A DNA stretch of 64,000 nucleotides from an uncultured Chloroflexia bacterium (lineage in GTDB: Bacteria > Chloroflexota > Limnocylindria > Limnocylindrales > CSP1-4): contig CAVVCZ010000004.1 of assembly GCA_963746845.1 (NCBI GenBank), positions 32,001 through 96,000 on the forward strand, read 5' to 3'. The notes under the pieces were generated by a model, which had not been told where the DNA came from, ran no database searches, and worked only from the letters and a program-made list of their open reading frames with translations. A program made the translations under genes and the position numbers. This document shows, piece by piece, positions 1 through 10,600 of this stretch (position 1 is the first letter of the stretch; each line of letters starts with the position of its first letter).

Positions 1-2
1 CG

Positions 3-281
3 TCCGACGCGAAGCGCTCGCTCCGGGCGGCGATCGACGACTACCTGCACCCGGCCGAGAACGCCCCGTTCGGTCGCGAGCTGTTCGCCTCGACGATCGT
101 CCGGTTCCTCGAGTCGCGGCCGGAGATCGACCACGTCACCGACTTCGCGCTGATCGCGGATCCGTGCCCGCCGGGCGTTCCGTCCGACCCCTGCCGGGTG
201 GAGCGCGTCACGGTTGATCCGTGCCGCGGGCTGGTCGCCTCGAGCGGCAGCCACGCGCTGGAGCTGGAGGAGCAGCTGTGA
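3..281 (+). CDS. eCIS baseplate J-like protein (Afp11-like), C-terminal fragment (5' end outside window)
   Basis: Frame 3 reads SDAKRSLRAAIDDYLHP..FGRELFASTIVRFLESRPEIDHVTDF..LVASSGSHALELEEQL*, resembling the Afp11/baseplate-J C-terminus; TGA overlaps the next GTG. Confidence 0.7.
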   Translation, partial: SDAKRSLRAAIDDYLHPAENAPFGRELFASTIVRFLESRPEIDHVTDFALIADPCPPGVPSDPCRVERVTVDPCRGLVASSGSHALELEEQL

Positions 282-1963
282 GCCCGGCCGTTCCGCCCCC
301 GGTCGCCCTCGCCCCGCTGACCGCGCCGGACCGCGACTTCGAGACGATCCGGGCGGAGGCGATCGAGGTGATCGTCGCCGACGCCGGCCCGACGTGGACC
401 GACCACAACCTGAGCGACCCGGGGATCACCCTGCTCGAGCTCCTCGCCTACGGGATCGCCGACCTCCACTACCGCACCTCCGCCCACGACTTCACGCTCG
501 CCCCGCTCGAGCTGCCGCTGTGGGTGCCACGCGCGGAGCGCGACTGGTACGGCCTGCCGCCGCTGGACGATCCCGGGGCCGTCGCGACGCTCGCCGGCGT
601 GATGGCCACGCCGGTCTCGACCGGTGGGTTGGACGGGGATCGGATGGCGAAGGCGATCGCCGGTGCCGACTCGCGGCGCGCGGCGATCGGGGCCCTGCTC
701 GACCAGACGTTCGGCGATCCGGTGCGGACGCTGTCCTGGGCCGAAGCCGCGACCGTCGTGGCCCTCCTCCGTGCGCCGATCGTGCGCCGCGCGGTGCTGG
801 ATCACTCGGACGCGGTCGCCGACGCGTACGACGAGGCGCGCCGGACGATCGACCGGCGGACGATCGGCCCGACGATCGACGAGGACGCGGTCGACCGGGA
901 GACGATCCGGCTCCTCGGGTTCGTGCCGGCGCTCTCGGGCCTGTGGGACGACGAGGTGCTCTCGCTGATCCGCCGCCATCGTCACGAGCTGTTCGTGGAC
1001 CGGGCCGCCGCCCTCCTCCCGTCGATGCCCGGCACGATCGCCGACGTCGAGACCGCGCTCGGGGTCGGCACGGACCTGGCCCGGGCCGCGCTCGCCCTCC
1101 ACCCGTGCCCGCCGTCCGAGACCCCCGAGACCTGGGAGGCGGACGACGGGACGACGACGACGTGGCCGCCGCATCCGCTCCAGGCCCGGACGACCGAGCC
1201 GGTGACGGACGAGGACTACGCGACCCGCGCCCGCACGAACGCGACCGTGCACCGGGCCTGGACCGTGCCCCACATCCTGCCCGGCCTGGGCTGGGATGGC
1301 ACCGAGCGGACGACCGCCGAGGACCGGCCCGGCGCGGTCACGATCCTCGTGGAGCCCGTTCAGGCTCCACTGCCCGCCGACCGATTGACATTCCTGCGGT
1401 CGGTGCTGGTCACGATCACCGCCGGACCCGGCGAGACGGCCGAGGTCGACGACCCGTACGACCCCCTCTCGAAGCCGGACCTCCAGGTCCCGCGCCGGCT
1501 CCTGGGCGACGAGCTCGGCGTGGCCCTGCTCCAGGAGTGCCCGGTGACGCTCAACGGCGTGCTGCACGTCGCCCTCGGCGTGCCACGGACGCGGGTGATC
1601 GACGCGGCCACGGCCCGGGTCGCGGCGTTCTTCGCGGCCGGCCGCCCGGAGTCCGCGGTCGCCGTGGCCGGCGCCCTCGCGTGCCCGGGCGGGATCGAGG
1701 GCCCGTGGCCGCCCGCGCCGCAGCCGGCGGGCGGGTGGCGGCCGGGCGAGGCGATCCGGATGACCGAGCTGATCCAGGTCCTGGCGGACGACCCGGAGGT
1801 CATCGGGATCGAGGGGGTCGAGGTCCAGATCGGTGGGACCTGGTATTCGGCCTCCGCCGGGGCGACGGAGGTCCCGCTCGATCCGGAATGCATCCCGGTC
1901 ATGGCGAAGACGCAGTGCCTCCAGGTCCGGCTGGAGCTCGGCGCGGATTGCAACCGTGGCTAG
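278..1963 (+). CDS. eCIS baseplate wedge protein (Afp12-N/gp6-like)
   Basis: Hallmark WTDHNLSDPGITLLELLAY..DLHYR motif, plus VTDEDYATRA; GTGA coupling to the upstream gene. Confidence 0.85.
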   Translation: MSPAVPPPVALAPLTAPDRDFETIRAEAIEVIVADAGPTWTDHNLSDPGITLLELLAYGIADLHYRTSAHDFTLAPLELPLWVPRAERDWYGLPPLDDPGAVATLAGVMATPVSTGGLDGDRMAKAIAGADSRRAAIGALLDQTFGDPVRTLSWAEAATVVALLRAPIVRRAVLDHSDAVADAYDEARRTIDRRTIGPTIDEDAVDRETIRLLGFVPALSGLWDDEVLSLIRRHRHELFVDRAAALLPSMPGTIADVETALGVGTDLARAALALHPCPPSETPETWEADDGTTTTWPPHPLQARTTEPVTDEDYATRARTNATVHRAWTVPHILPGLGWDGTERTTAEDRPGAVTILVEPVQAPLPADRLTFLRSVLVTITAGPGETAEVDDPYDPLSKPDLQVPRRLLGDELGVALLQECPVTLNGVLHVALGVPRTRVIDAATARVAAFFAAGRPESAVAVAGALACPGGIEGPWPPAPQPAGGWRPGEAIRMTELIQVLADDPEVIGIEGVEVQIGGTWYSASAGATEVPLDPECIPVMAKTQCLQVRLELGADCNRG

Positions 1964-2783
1964 TCAGTCGCCGGTCTACACGCCCCTGGCGGCCCAGCTC
2001 CCGGCCGTCTATGCGGAGGACTCCGACTCCTGGGCCCAGCTCGAGTCGTACCTCGGCCTGGCGGACGACCTCAACCGGGCCTACGCCGAGCGGCTGGCCG
2101 AGCTCGCGACCTGGCTCAGCCCGGAGGCGACGTCGCTCTGGCCCGGTGACCGGGCCGTCGGGATGACGGAGGACGCGGTCCTCGCCCGCTACCAGGCCGT
2201 CTTCGACGAGCTGGCCCGCTGGTTCGCCTTCCGGTTCCCGCCGTCGTGGGGCGTCGACGCGGCGTCGTTGCGGCAGCGCCAGACGTTCCTCGCCCGGGCC
2301 GCGCGCCTGTGGCGCCGGCGCGGGACACCGCGCGGGTTCGTCGACTGGTTCGCCTTCTGGTTCCGGACCGAGCCCGCCGATCGCCCGATCCTCGTCGAGC
2401 ACTACAAGTTCGGGCAGCCAACCGGGTCGTCGGGCGAGGTCGGCCCCGAGCCCTGGCTGCGCGCGACGCTCTTCGTCCCCTCGACCGAGCCGTTCTCCGA
2501 CTTCAACCGGCGACGCGAGGCGATCTGGTTCGCCGAGCAGTTTGCGCCGGCCCACGTCCACGTCCGGGTCTGCTGGGTGAAGCCCGGCTGGAGCCTGGAC
2601 CCGGTGCCGGGACCCGGCGCCACCCCCTCCGACATCGCCGCCTACCGGAAGCGGGTCAACGGCGTGCTCTGCTCGCTCGTGAGCTTCGTCGACCACGCGA
2701 ACGGCATCCACATCTGGGAGTGCGTCGACGAGGGGCGACCGGTCGACCGACTGAACGTCGGCCAGCTGCCCGGCGGCGGCTGA
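1956..2783 (+). CDS. Phage tail protein I-like (P2 gpI/gp7) baseplate protein
   Basis: QLPAVY, ELARWF, LWRRRGTPRG, ILVEH and FAPAHV motifs typical of gpI-like wedge proteins; overlaps the upstream stop. Confidence 0.8.
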   Translation: MASQSPVYTPLAAQLPAVYAEDSDSWAQLESYLGLADDLNRAYAERLAELATWLSPEATSLWPGDRAVGMTEDAVLARYQAVFDELARWFAFRFPPSWGVDAASLRQRQTFLARAARLWRRRGTPRGFVDWFAFWFRTEPADRPILVEHYKFGQPTGSSGEVGPEPWLRATLFVPSTEPFSDFNRRREAIWFAEQFAPAHVHVRVCWVKPGWSLDPVPGPGATPSDIAAYRKRVNGVLCSLVSFVDHANGIHIWECVDEGRPVDRLNVGQLPGGG

Positions 2784-2812
2784 GCCCGCGGAGCGAAGGA
2801 AAGGATCGAGCC

Positions 2813-5050
2813 ATGGCGCTCACGCAGTACCCGGTCTTCGTCAAGGGCCAGACCCTGACCGACGACGACCTGAACGAGCTCCGCGACCATCTCGAGCTCG
2901 CGGACCGGACCCTCGGCCGCCTGATCGGATTCGGGATCAACTGCGGGCTGGGCGGGTCGATCGCGAACAAGCAGCTGACGATCGCTCCGGGTCTCGCGAT
3001 CGACCAGCTCGGCGAGGCCATCGTCCTCGACGTCGCGCCGGGCCCGTTCGGTCTGCCGGCGACGGCTCCGGCGACGACCCCGCCGGACTTCCTCGATCCG
3101 GTGCCGGGCGGGTTCACGCCGGTCCTGACCCTGACCACGACCGACGTCCCGGCCGTCAAGTGCAACGAGGCGGGGTGCGAGGGCCACGCCCAGCAGCGCG
3201 AGCAGACCGCGACGATCACCCTCTACCCGGGCCGGCTGAGCGACAAGGTGGTCGACTTCGGGGACGAGCCGCTGCTCAAGCTCGATCCGGTGCTGGTCCG
3301 GACGTCCGGCTCGATCGACGGAGCGTTCGTCGCCCTGCGCAAGGCGATCCTCGACCGGATGGGCTCGCGCCTGTCGGCCGACGCTGCCGCGAAGCTCGCG
3401 ACGATCGCGATCGACGGCGATCTGCCGGCGATCCAGGGGTTCAAGGCCGGGTTCCTCAACCAGGTCTTCTTCGCCGCCCTCGACCTCCTCCGGTGCGAGC
3501 GGCTCACCGCGGCCGGCTGCGTGTCCGGGGACGGAAGCGTCGGCGTCGCCCTCGGCTGGGCCCACGACGTCCAGGGCGACTGGGCGTGGGACTGCGAGTT
3601 CCGCCACGACTGGCAGGTCCCGACGGGGATCTCGCTCGCCCTGATCGGCGGCCGGTGTGCCGATCCGTGCGACCTGTACCGCGACCAGCTCAACGCGATG
3701 ATCCTCGCGTTCGCGGTGCCGGTCGTGCCGCCGAAGGACGCGCCGCCCAAGGATGGTGGCGGCGACTTCTCGATCTGCCTGGATCGCGGACGCGGTCCGT
3801 ACTACTCGTACATCAGCAAGTACGACTGCCCGTGGGTCTACGTCCCGCCCCAGAAGATCCCGCCGGACTGGCGCGAGAAGTGGGTCAAGCCGAAGTACCC
3901 GCCGGGCCCGATCTACGAGGACCGGCCGATCTACGACATCTACGAGATCGAGAAGCCGGACATCACCGAGGCCGGGATCATCGGGCTCGAGGACGCCGTG
4001 GGCCGCAAGGCCGAGAACGTCGTCGAGAACCTCGGCCAGGTCTTGAAGGACAAGGGCAACACCTCCGAGATCCAGGTCGTGACGCAGAACCAGGTCGAGA
4101 AGGTCGACGGCTACCGGCCCGGGCTGATCATCTCCGCCGCGGACACCGTGGTCCTGACCCAGGACGCCCTCGGCAAGGTCGTCGGGGTCGGCTCGATCCC
4201 GGCCACGACCGCGATCCGGAGCGTGGCCGTCGAGATGCCGAAGGCCACCGCGGCCGCGGGCCGCGCGGAGGTCACCGCGAAGAGCGCTCTCGACGCGACC
4301 GGGGCCCTCGGCACGAGCCTCGCCGCGGTCAACCAGCAGGTCACCGCGTTCGGCACGTTCCAGGCCTCGATCCTGAGCTGGCAGTCCGCGACGGACGTCC
4401 GGCTCGGTGGGCTGTCGAACGAGATCCAGACGAAGGCCCTCGCGGCGGTCAACGACCTCCAGGTCCGGGTGGGCGGCCAGGTCGAGGAGCGGGTCGGAGT
4501 TGCCGTGGAGACGTTCCGGGCCGGCCTGCTCGACCAGGTCCGGGCGGAGATCGCGACCGCCGGCGGGGCGATCCGTGCCGACGCCGGTCACGACCTCCAG
4601 ATCGCGACCGATGCCCTCCGCAAGGAAGCCAAGGAGGACCAGGCCGGGCTCGTGGCGCAGGTCGGCGGCCTGAACCAGCAGGTCGCCGGGCTGTCCGGCC
4701 AGGTCCAGGTCATCGGCCGGGTCGCGACGCCGGGTGACGTCGTGGCTCCGCGGCGGGCGTTCGATGCGGACGTGGTCGGGGTGCTGGACCAGATGCGCAC
4801 ATCGATCCAGGCCGCGGCCACGCCGGCCCAGGCGGACAAGGTCAAGGCGGCCCTGGCCGAGAGCGACGACGCCTTCAGCCGAATGCAGGTCTCGGCGGCC
4901 GCGGGCACGGTCGACCTCGCGGCCGATCCGGTGGCCCTCCACACGGTGCTCACCTCGATGACGACGGCGGTCGAGGCGGCCGGCGCCCCGGCGGCGGACG
5001 TCACGAAGATCCGGACCGGGTTGTCCGCGATCAACCAGCGCATCGGCTGA
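2813..5050 (+). CDS. eCIS tail-fibre-like protein (Afp13-like N-terminus, helical/coiled-coil C-terminus)
   Basis: N-terminal YPVFVKGQTLTDDDLNEL..LIGFGINCGL..IAPGLAID motif of eCIS fibre anchors; RBS AAGGA upstream. Confidence 0.7.
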   Translation: MALTQYPVFVKGQTLTDDDLNELRDHLELADRTLGRLIGFGINCGLGGSIANKQLTIAPGLAIDQLGEAIVLDVAPGPFGLPATAPATTPPDFLDPVPGGFTPVLTLTTTDVPAVKCNEAGCEGHAQQREQTATITLYPGRLSDKVVDFGDEPLLKLDPVLVRTSGSIDGAFVALRKAILDRMGSRLSADAAAKLATIAIDGDLPAIQGFKAGFLNQVFFAALDLLRCERLTAAGCVSGDGSVGVALGWAHDVQGDWAWDCEFRHDWQVPTGISLALIGGRCADPCDLYRDQLNAMILAFAVPVVPPKDAPPKDGGGDFSICLDRGRGPYYSYISKYDCPWVYVPPQKIPPDWREKWVKPKYPPGPIYEDRPIYDIYEIEKPDITEAGIIGLEDAVGRKAENVVENLGQVLKDKGNTSEIQVVTQNQVEKVDGYRPGLIISAADTVVLTQDALGKVVGVGSIPATTAIRSVAVEMPKATAAAGRAEVTAKSALDATGALGTSLAAVNQQVTAFGTFQASILSWQSATDVRLGGLSNEIQTKALAAVNDLQVRVGGQVEERVGVAVETFRAGLLDQVRAEIATAGGAIRADAGHDLQIATDALRKEAKEDQAGLVAQVGGLNQQVAGLSGQVQVIGRVATPGDVVAPRRAFDADVVGVLDQMRTSIQAAATPAQADKVKAALAESDDAFSRMQVSAAAGTVDLAADPVALHTVLTSMTTAVEAAGAPAADVTKIRTGLSAINQRIG

Positions 5051-5068
5051 CCAGGGCGGACCCGTGAC

Positions 5069-6337
5069 GTGGACACGATCGAGCGGCTGCGGATCGTCTG
5101 CCTGGCCGGCCCGGGCCGGTCGGCCGAGGCGCTCGCCGTCCGACGCCGGCTCGAAACGGTGGCTCGTGGCCGGCTGCCAGCTGCGCTGGACCGACAGCTG
5201 GGTGCGAGTCCGTCGATCGAGCTGGATCGCGTGACCGTTCGCCTGGATGTCGACCCGCTCGCCCTCGACGACGAGACGCTCGCGACGCTGTGGGCCGGTC
5301 GGATCCGTGACGGGATCCTCGCGGCGAGCCGGCACGAAGGGGCGCCGGCCCGGCGGGACGCCCCCTCCTGGTCGGTCCTCGACGGTCGGGACGTTGACCG
5401 CGAGCCCATCGCACCGGACGGTCCGCTCGTGCCGACGGCCCGGCGCGTCATCGCGGGGGATCGGATCGCCGCGCTGGCGATCGCCCGGGCGGTCGAGCGG
5501 GGTCCGGAGACGGTGGCGGCCGAGCTGGCCGGCGGCCTCGCGCCGGGGGAGCGGCGGGCCCTGGTGGCGCGCCTCGTGGCCGAGGCATCCCGGCTGCAGT
5601 CGCGCCGGCGCGACCCGAGCGGTGACGGACCGGGTCGGGCGGGCCGGCCTCCGCGCGAGCGGGCCGTCGCTGGAGCCACCGTGGTCCGGGCCGGCCGATC
5701 GTGGCCGGCCGTCCTGGATCGCGCGTCCCGCCGCCTCGCCGCCGCGGATCGCGCCGCCGCACGGGCCGCGCGACCCGCGGACGGCGCGCGGGGTCTTCGG
5801 TCGGGCGTCGTCCGATCCGCTCGGCCCAGACCCACAGCGGAGCCCGGCCTCCGCACGACGGTCGCGGGGATTGCCCTGCTGTGGCCCTGGCTGGCCTCGA
5901 CCCTTCCCGCCGCGGTCGCCCGGCTCCCCGACCAGCGGCCGGCCGATGCCCGGCGTCTGGCGCTGGCCGCTCTCGTCCAGGACGAGCCGGCCGCCGTCGA
6001 CGACCCGCTCGTCCTCCTGCTGGCCGGTGACGACCCGACGGCGGACCCGTCGGTGATCGTCGTGACGCCCGGCGAGCTCGCCGCCGCCGCCGAGGACGTC
6101 GTTGCGACGCTCGATGGGTTCGCCGAGGCGCTCCCCGGGTTCGCCGGCTCGTCGCCGGACTTCCTCCGCCGCGAGTTCCTCGTCCGGCCGGGCAGGCTCG
6201 GGCGGATCGGCGACGAGGTCACGATCGACCTGGCGCCGCTCCCCCTGGATCCGGCAGCCGCCCGACTGCCGTATCCGATCGCCGCGTTCCGCCTGCCGTG
6301 GACGCCGCCGATCCGGGCGCGGCTCGAGACGCGCTGA
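5069..6337 (+). CDS. Contractile injection system tape measure protein (Afp14-like)
   Basis: C-terminal AGIALLWPWL..FLRREFLVRPGRL..LD..RLPYPIAAFRLPW signature; lies directly upstream of the ATPase. Confidence 0.8.
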   Translation: MDTIERLRIVCLAGPGRSAEALAVRRRLETVARGRLPAALDRQLGASPSIELDRVTVRLDVDPLALDDETLATLWAGRIRDGILAASRHEGAPARRDAPSWSVLDGRDVDREPIAPDGPLVPTARRVIAGDRIAALAIARAVERGPETVAAELAGGLAPGERRALVARLVAEASRLQSRRRDPSGDGPGRAGRPPRERAVAGATVVRAGRSWPAVLDRASRRLAAADRAAARAARPADGARGLRSGVVRSARPRPTAEPGLRTTVAGIALLWPWLASTLPAAVARLPDQRPADARRLALAALVQDEPAAVDDPLVLLLAGDDPTADPSVIVVTPGELAAAAEDVVATLDGFAEALPGFAGSSPDFLRREFLVRPGRLGRIGDEVTIDLAPLPLDPAAARLPYPIAAFRLPWTPPIRARLETR

Positions 6338-7668
6338 TGCTGACCCCGCTCCACGCCGCCGAGCTCCAGCGTTCGTACGAAGCCCTCCTGGGCGTGATCG
6401 CGATCCGCCTCGAGGAGCGGCGCGGGGAGCCCCGTGCCACATCGGGGGCCGTCCCGATAGGCGCTGACGACGAAGGCGTGCCGCCGCTCACGGTCCATGC
6501 CGGGACCGGGCCACTCGCCGAGGTCATCGGCGGTTGCTCGCTCTCGGCACCCGAGGCGCTGATCCTCGTCGCAGCCATCGCCCCGGAGATCGACGAGGGC
6601 GTCGGCCGCTGGTTCGGCGACCTGGTCGGCCGGCCCGAGTCGAGCGGGCTCACCGGCGAGGTCGCCCGGCGACTCGCGGCGCGATCGTTCGCCGGCCGGC
6701 TGGCCGCCACGGACCTGCTGGACCGGGAGGCGCCGCTGCGCCGGCTCGGCCTGCTCCTGCTGGACCCGTCGCCCCTCGGGACCTTCGCCGGGCGACTCCA
6801 TCCGGATCCCGACCTGCTCGCGTGGACCCTCGGCCGGCGCCCGCCGACGCCGGAGGACTCGGCGGACCAGACGGCGATCGCGCTGCGGACCGTCCACACG
6901 CTCGACGACGTCGTCGTTCCCGCCCACGTCCGCGAGGGCCTCGACGCGGTGGTGTCGCGGATCCGCCACCGCCAACAGGTCATCGACGGCTGGGGCTTCG
7001 GGCGTCATCACGACAACGCGAGCGGCATCGTCGTGCTGCTCCACGGCCCGCCGGGCACCGGCAAGTCGATGTCGGCCGCGGTGATCGCCCGCGCCGCGGG
7101 GATGCGTGCCTTCGCGGTGGATCTGTCGAGCCTCGTCAGCAAGTACATCGGCGAGACGCAGAAGGCGCTCGCCCGGCTCTTCGAGCGGGCCGAACGCGAG
7201 AACCACGTCCTCGTGTTCGACGAGGCTGACGCGATCTTCAGCTCGCGGACCGGCGTGCAGGACGCGCACGATCGGTACGCCAACCAGGATGTCGGGTACC
7301 TGCTCCAGCGGATCGAGCGTCACCCGGGCGTCGTGATTCTCGCCACGAACCTCCTCGCGAACATCGACGATGCGTTCCAGCGGCGGATCGACATCGCCGT
7401 CGAGTTCCCGGAGCCGTCCGTTGCGGAGCGCCTCCGGCTGTGGTCGGCGGTGCTCCCACCCGAGCTGCCCGTCGGACCGATCGACTTCGCCGCCATGGCC
7501 GACCGCTATCCGCTCACCGGTGCCCAGATCCGGGATGCCGCGATCGAGGCTGCCTACCTCGCGGCGGCCGACGGCCGGGTCGTCACGGAGGCCCACCTCG
7601 GAAGCGCGGTCCGGTCGCAGTACGTGAAGACCGGACGGACCGTTCCCGGGGCGCCCGCCGGACCATGA
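6337..7668 (+). CDS. eCIS AAA+ ATPase (Afp15-like)
   Basis: Walker A GPPGTGKS, Walker B VLVFDEADAIF, VDLSSLVSKYIGET, DRYANQDVGYLLQRIE; TGATG coupling. Confidence 0.92.
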   Translation: MLTPLHAAELQRSYEALLGVIAIRLEERRGEPRATSGAVPIGADDEGVPPLTVHAGTGPLAEVIGGCSLSAPEALILVAAIAPEIDEGVGRWFGDLVGRPESSGLTGEVARRLAARSFAGRLAATDLLDREAPLRRLGLLLLDPSPLGTFAGRLHPDPDLLAWTLGRRPPTPEDSADQTAIALRTVHTLDDVVVPAHVREGLDAVVSRIRHRQQVIDGWGFGRHHDNASGIVVLLHGPPGTGKSMSAAVIARAAGMRAFAVDLSSLVSKYIGETQKALARLFERAERENHVLVFDEADAIFSSRTGVQDAHDRYANQDVGYLLQRIERHPGVVILATNLLANIDDAFQRRIDIAVEFPEPSVAERLRLWSAVLPPELPVGPIDFAAMADRYPLTGAQIRDAAIEAAYLAAADGRVVTEAHLGSAVRSQYVKTGRTVPGAPAGP

Positions 7669-10600
7669 GCGGGCGCGCCGCCCCGTCGGCGACGCTCGAG
7701 CCGACCAGCGCGGCACGACCGACGCGGTCGCCCCACCCGGCGGTCGTGCCGGCGACCGCTGGCCCGACTGCGGCGGCGTCCGGGCCGTCGGCAAGCGGGA
7801 TCGTCGTCCGGCTCGGTGTCCTCGAGATCCCGGTGAGCCGGCCGGACGGCGCGGCGACGGTCGACCTGGAGCCCGGCCAGCGCCTCGGGCCCCTCGCGCT
7901 GCGATCGGTGAGCTGGCCTGTCGCACTTCTCCCGCCGGACGCGGCCAGCAGACCCGGGACCGTGGCGGCGCCGGAGCCGGACACGAGGCCCGGGGCCGGG
8001 GCGCCGGTTGGAGCATCGCCGGCTGTGGCATCGCCGCCCGCCGCCGCCCCCGCCGTCGCCGGGCCGACCCTCCTGGCCGGGATCGACGCGCCGTTCGTTT
8101 CCGGCACCGCCGCTGTCGATCTCGGGTCAGGCGGCGAACCCACCGGCCGGGTCCGTCTCGACGGCGCGATCGGGGTCGGCGGCGTGCGCCTGGCGGAGCT
8201 CGGCTATGAGGCGTCGGCATGGACGTCCGCGGATCGACTGCCGGTCCCGGTCGTGACCGCGGAGACGAACCGCCTGCTCGTCGACCTCTCGGGCTTCGCG
8301 GATCTCGCGAACGTCCAATTGGGTGGCGCCGGGCTCGTGCCGGTCGCCGAGGGGCGCTGGAGCCTGCCCCTGCCGGCCGACCTGGCCGCGGCCCTCCGGA
8401 CCGCCGCCCCCGCGACCCCAGCGCCCGCCGCCGGCGCCGACCCGCTCGCGGTGGCGGAGGCAAGGCTCCGTTCCGAGCCGAGCGAGCGGCAGCCCCTGGC
8501 GGACCCGGCCCGCGCGCTGCTCGAGGCCCTGCTCGGCGTGGACCTGGAGTCGATCGGCATCCACGTCGACCCGGCGGCGCAGGATGCGGCCGCATCGATC
8601 GGTGCCCGCGGCTTCACGCTCGGGGAGGAGGCGTTCTTCGGCGCCGGCGCGTACGGGACCGACCGCGAGGACCTCGCGGCGTTCCTCGCCCGGGCGATCG
8701 CCCGGGCCGTCGAGGGCATCCGCGGGCTGGTGGATCCCCAGGCGCACGTGGTAGACCCGGCCCAGGCCAGGTCGTCGCCACCGGCAGCGGCACCGGCGGC
8801 ACCGGAGGCCGCCCCGGCCCCGGACGCCCTCCCCGCCGCCGAGTCAGCGGCCGCCGCGGGCCCGGAAGCCGCCGCGGGCCCGGAAGCCGGCCCGGCCCCG
8901 GAGGCCGGCGCCGAGGCCGCCGCGACGCCCGAAGGCGAGGCCGTTGCGGGCGAGGAGGCGGCCGCGCCGGACGCCGGCGCTCCGGCCGAGGGCGAGGCCG
9001 CTCCGGCTGCGGCCCCGATCGAGCTGATCATGCCGCCGGCGCCGACCGAGCCCGGCCCCGCGCAGCAGGCCCGGATCGGCGGGGTCAAACAGGGCGCCGC
9101 GGCGACGGCGCGGAAGGCCGCGGCCCTGCCATCGGCGGCCGACACGACAACCGCCGCTCGCGGCGCGGTCACGGAGCCGCCCGCCGAGACCGCCGCGCGC
9201 GCCGAACGGGCGGTCGCGGATGCGCTCGGCAAGCGCGCCGAGCCCAGTCCGGAGATCGTCGCCCTGTGCGAGCGGATCCGGACCTCGATCCGCGAGCGAC
9301 GACCGGTCGATGAGGACGCGGTCAAGAAGACCGACTCCCGGAAGGTCGCCGAGCAGGCGGGCTCCTCGCTCAACACGGGCATCCAGTCGGACACGAAGCG
9401 GGTCGAGGGCTCCTACGCCCCGCTGAACAACCCTCCGCCGGGCACGCCCGCGCTCACCCCGGTCCCCGTCCAGGCGCCACCGGCGACCGTGGCGCCCACC
9501 CCGATCGGCGCCGATGGCGCGGCGCCGGACGCCATCCCGCCCGAGAACCTGTCGCTCGACGCCGATCGCCAGGCGAGCGACGCGCGCGTCGACGAGTCGC
9601 GGATCAACCGGCCCAGCGCGCAGCCGATCCAGGAGCCGCCGTTCACGACCGTCCGCGAGGGCCAGGCCGCCCTCACCGACCTCGCGGAGACGGGCCCGGC
9701 CAGGGTCGCGGCGCAGCAGCAGGAGGCGATCGGCCGCAGCCAGCAGGACATGGCGGCGCTCCAGCTCCAGGCCGTCGAGGCCCTGAATGCGTCGCGGGCG
9801 GCGACCGTCGGTGGGGTCGCGAAGGGCCAGACGAAGATGGTCGGCTCCGAGGAGCAGCAGCGGGCCGAGATCTCGCGTCAGGCGCAGGCGATCTTCGGCG
9901 AGGCACAGACGGGCGTCACCGCGGCCCTCGGCCCGCTCCAGAAGGACGCGATGGCCCGCTGGGACGCGGGCGTCGAGCGTCTCTCGACCGAGTTCCACGA
10001 CCACCTCGCGATGGTCCGCCGCTGGATCGACGACCGGCACTCGGGCATCGGCGGCTGGTTCGTCTCGGGCTGGGACTCGCTGACCGGCCTGCCGGACGAC
10101 ATCACGGACGAGTACACGAAGGCCGAGCAGGCCTTCGGCGACGGGGTCTGCGACCTGCTCCTGTCGATCTCGTCGGACGTGAACACGGTCATCGCCGCCG
10201 CCGAGGCGCTGATCGAGAGCGCGCGCCAGCGGATCGACGCGCTCTTCACGGACCTGCCGGACGGGCTCAAGGAGTGGGCCGCCCAGGAGCAGGAGAAGTT
10301 CCACGGCCAGCTGGACGGGCTGCAGCAGCAGACGGCCGCGGCGCGATCGAGCTTCGTGGAGGGCGTCTCCGAGAAGGCGGTCGCCGCCGTCGCCGAGGTC
10401 CAGGCCGAGGTCGAGCAGCTCCGCGAGGAGGCGAAGGGCCTGATCGGCAAGATCGCCGACGCGATCCAGGCGTTCATCGACGATCCGGTCCGGGCGATCA
10501 TCGACGGCCTCCTCCATCTCGTCGGCATCCCACCGGCCTCGTTCTGGGCGCTGGTGGACAAGATCGCCCAGGTCATCAGCGACATCGCCGAGGACCCCGA

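Noticed and set aside
1-7668. Prophage tail module
   Set aside because: Afp14-like tape measure, Afp15-like ATPase and DUF4157-like gene indicate an eCIS; no head, integrase or att site seen
8850-8910. Tandem GCCGCGGGCCCGGAAGCC repeat
   Set aside because: Encodes the AAAGPE low-complexity linker inside the effector
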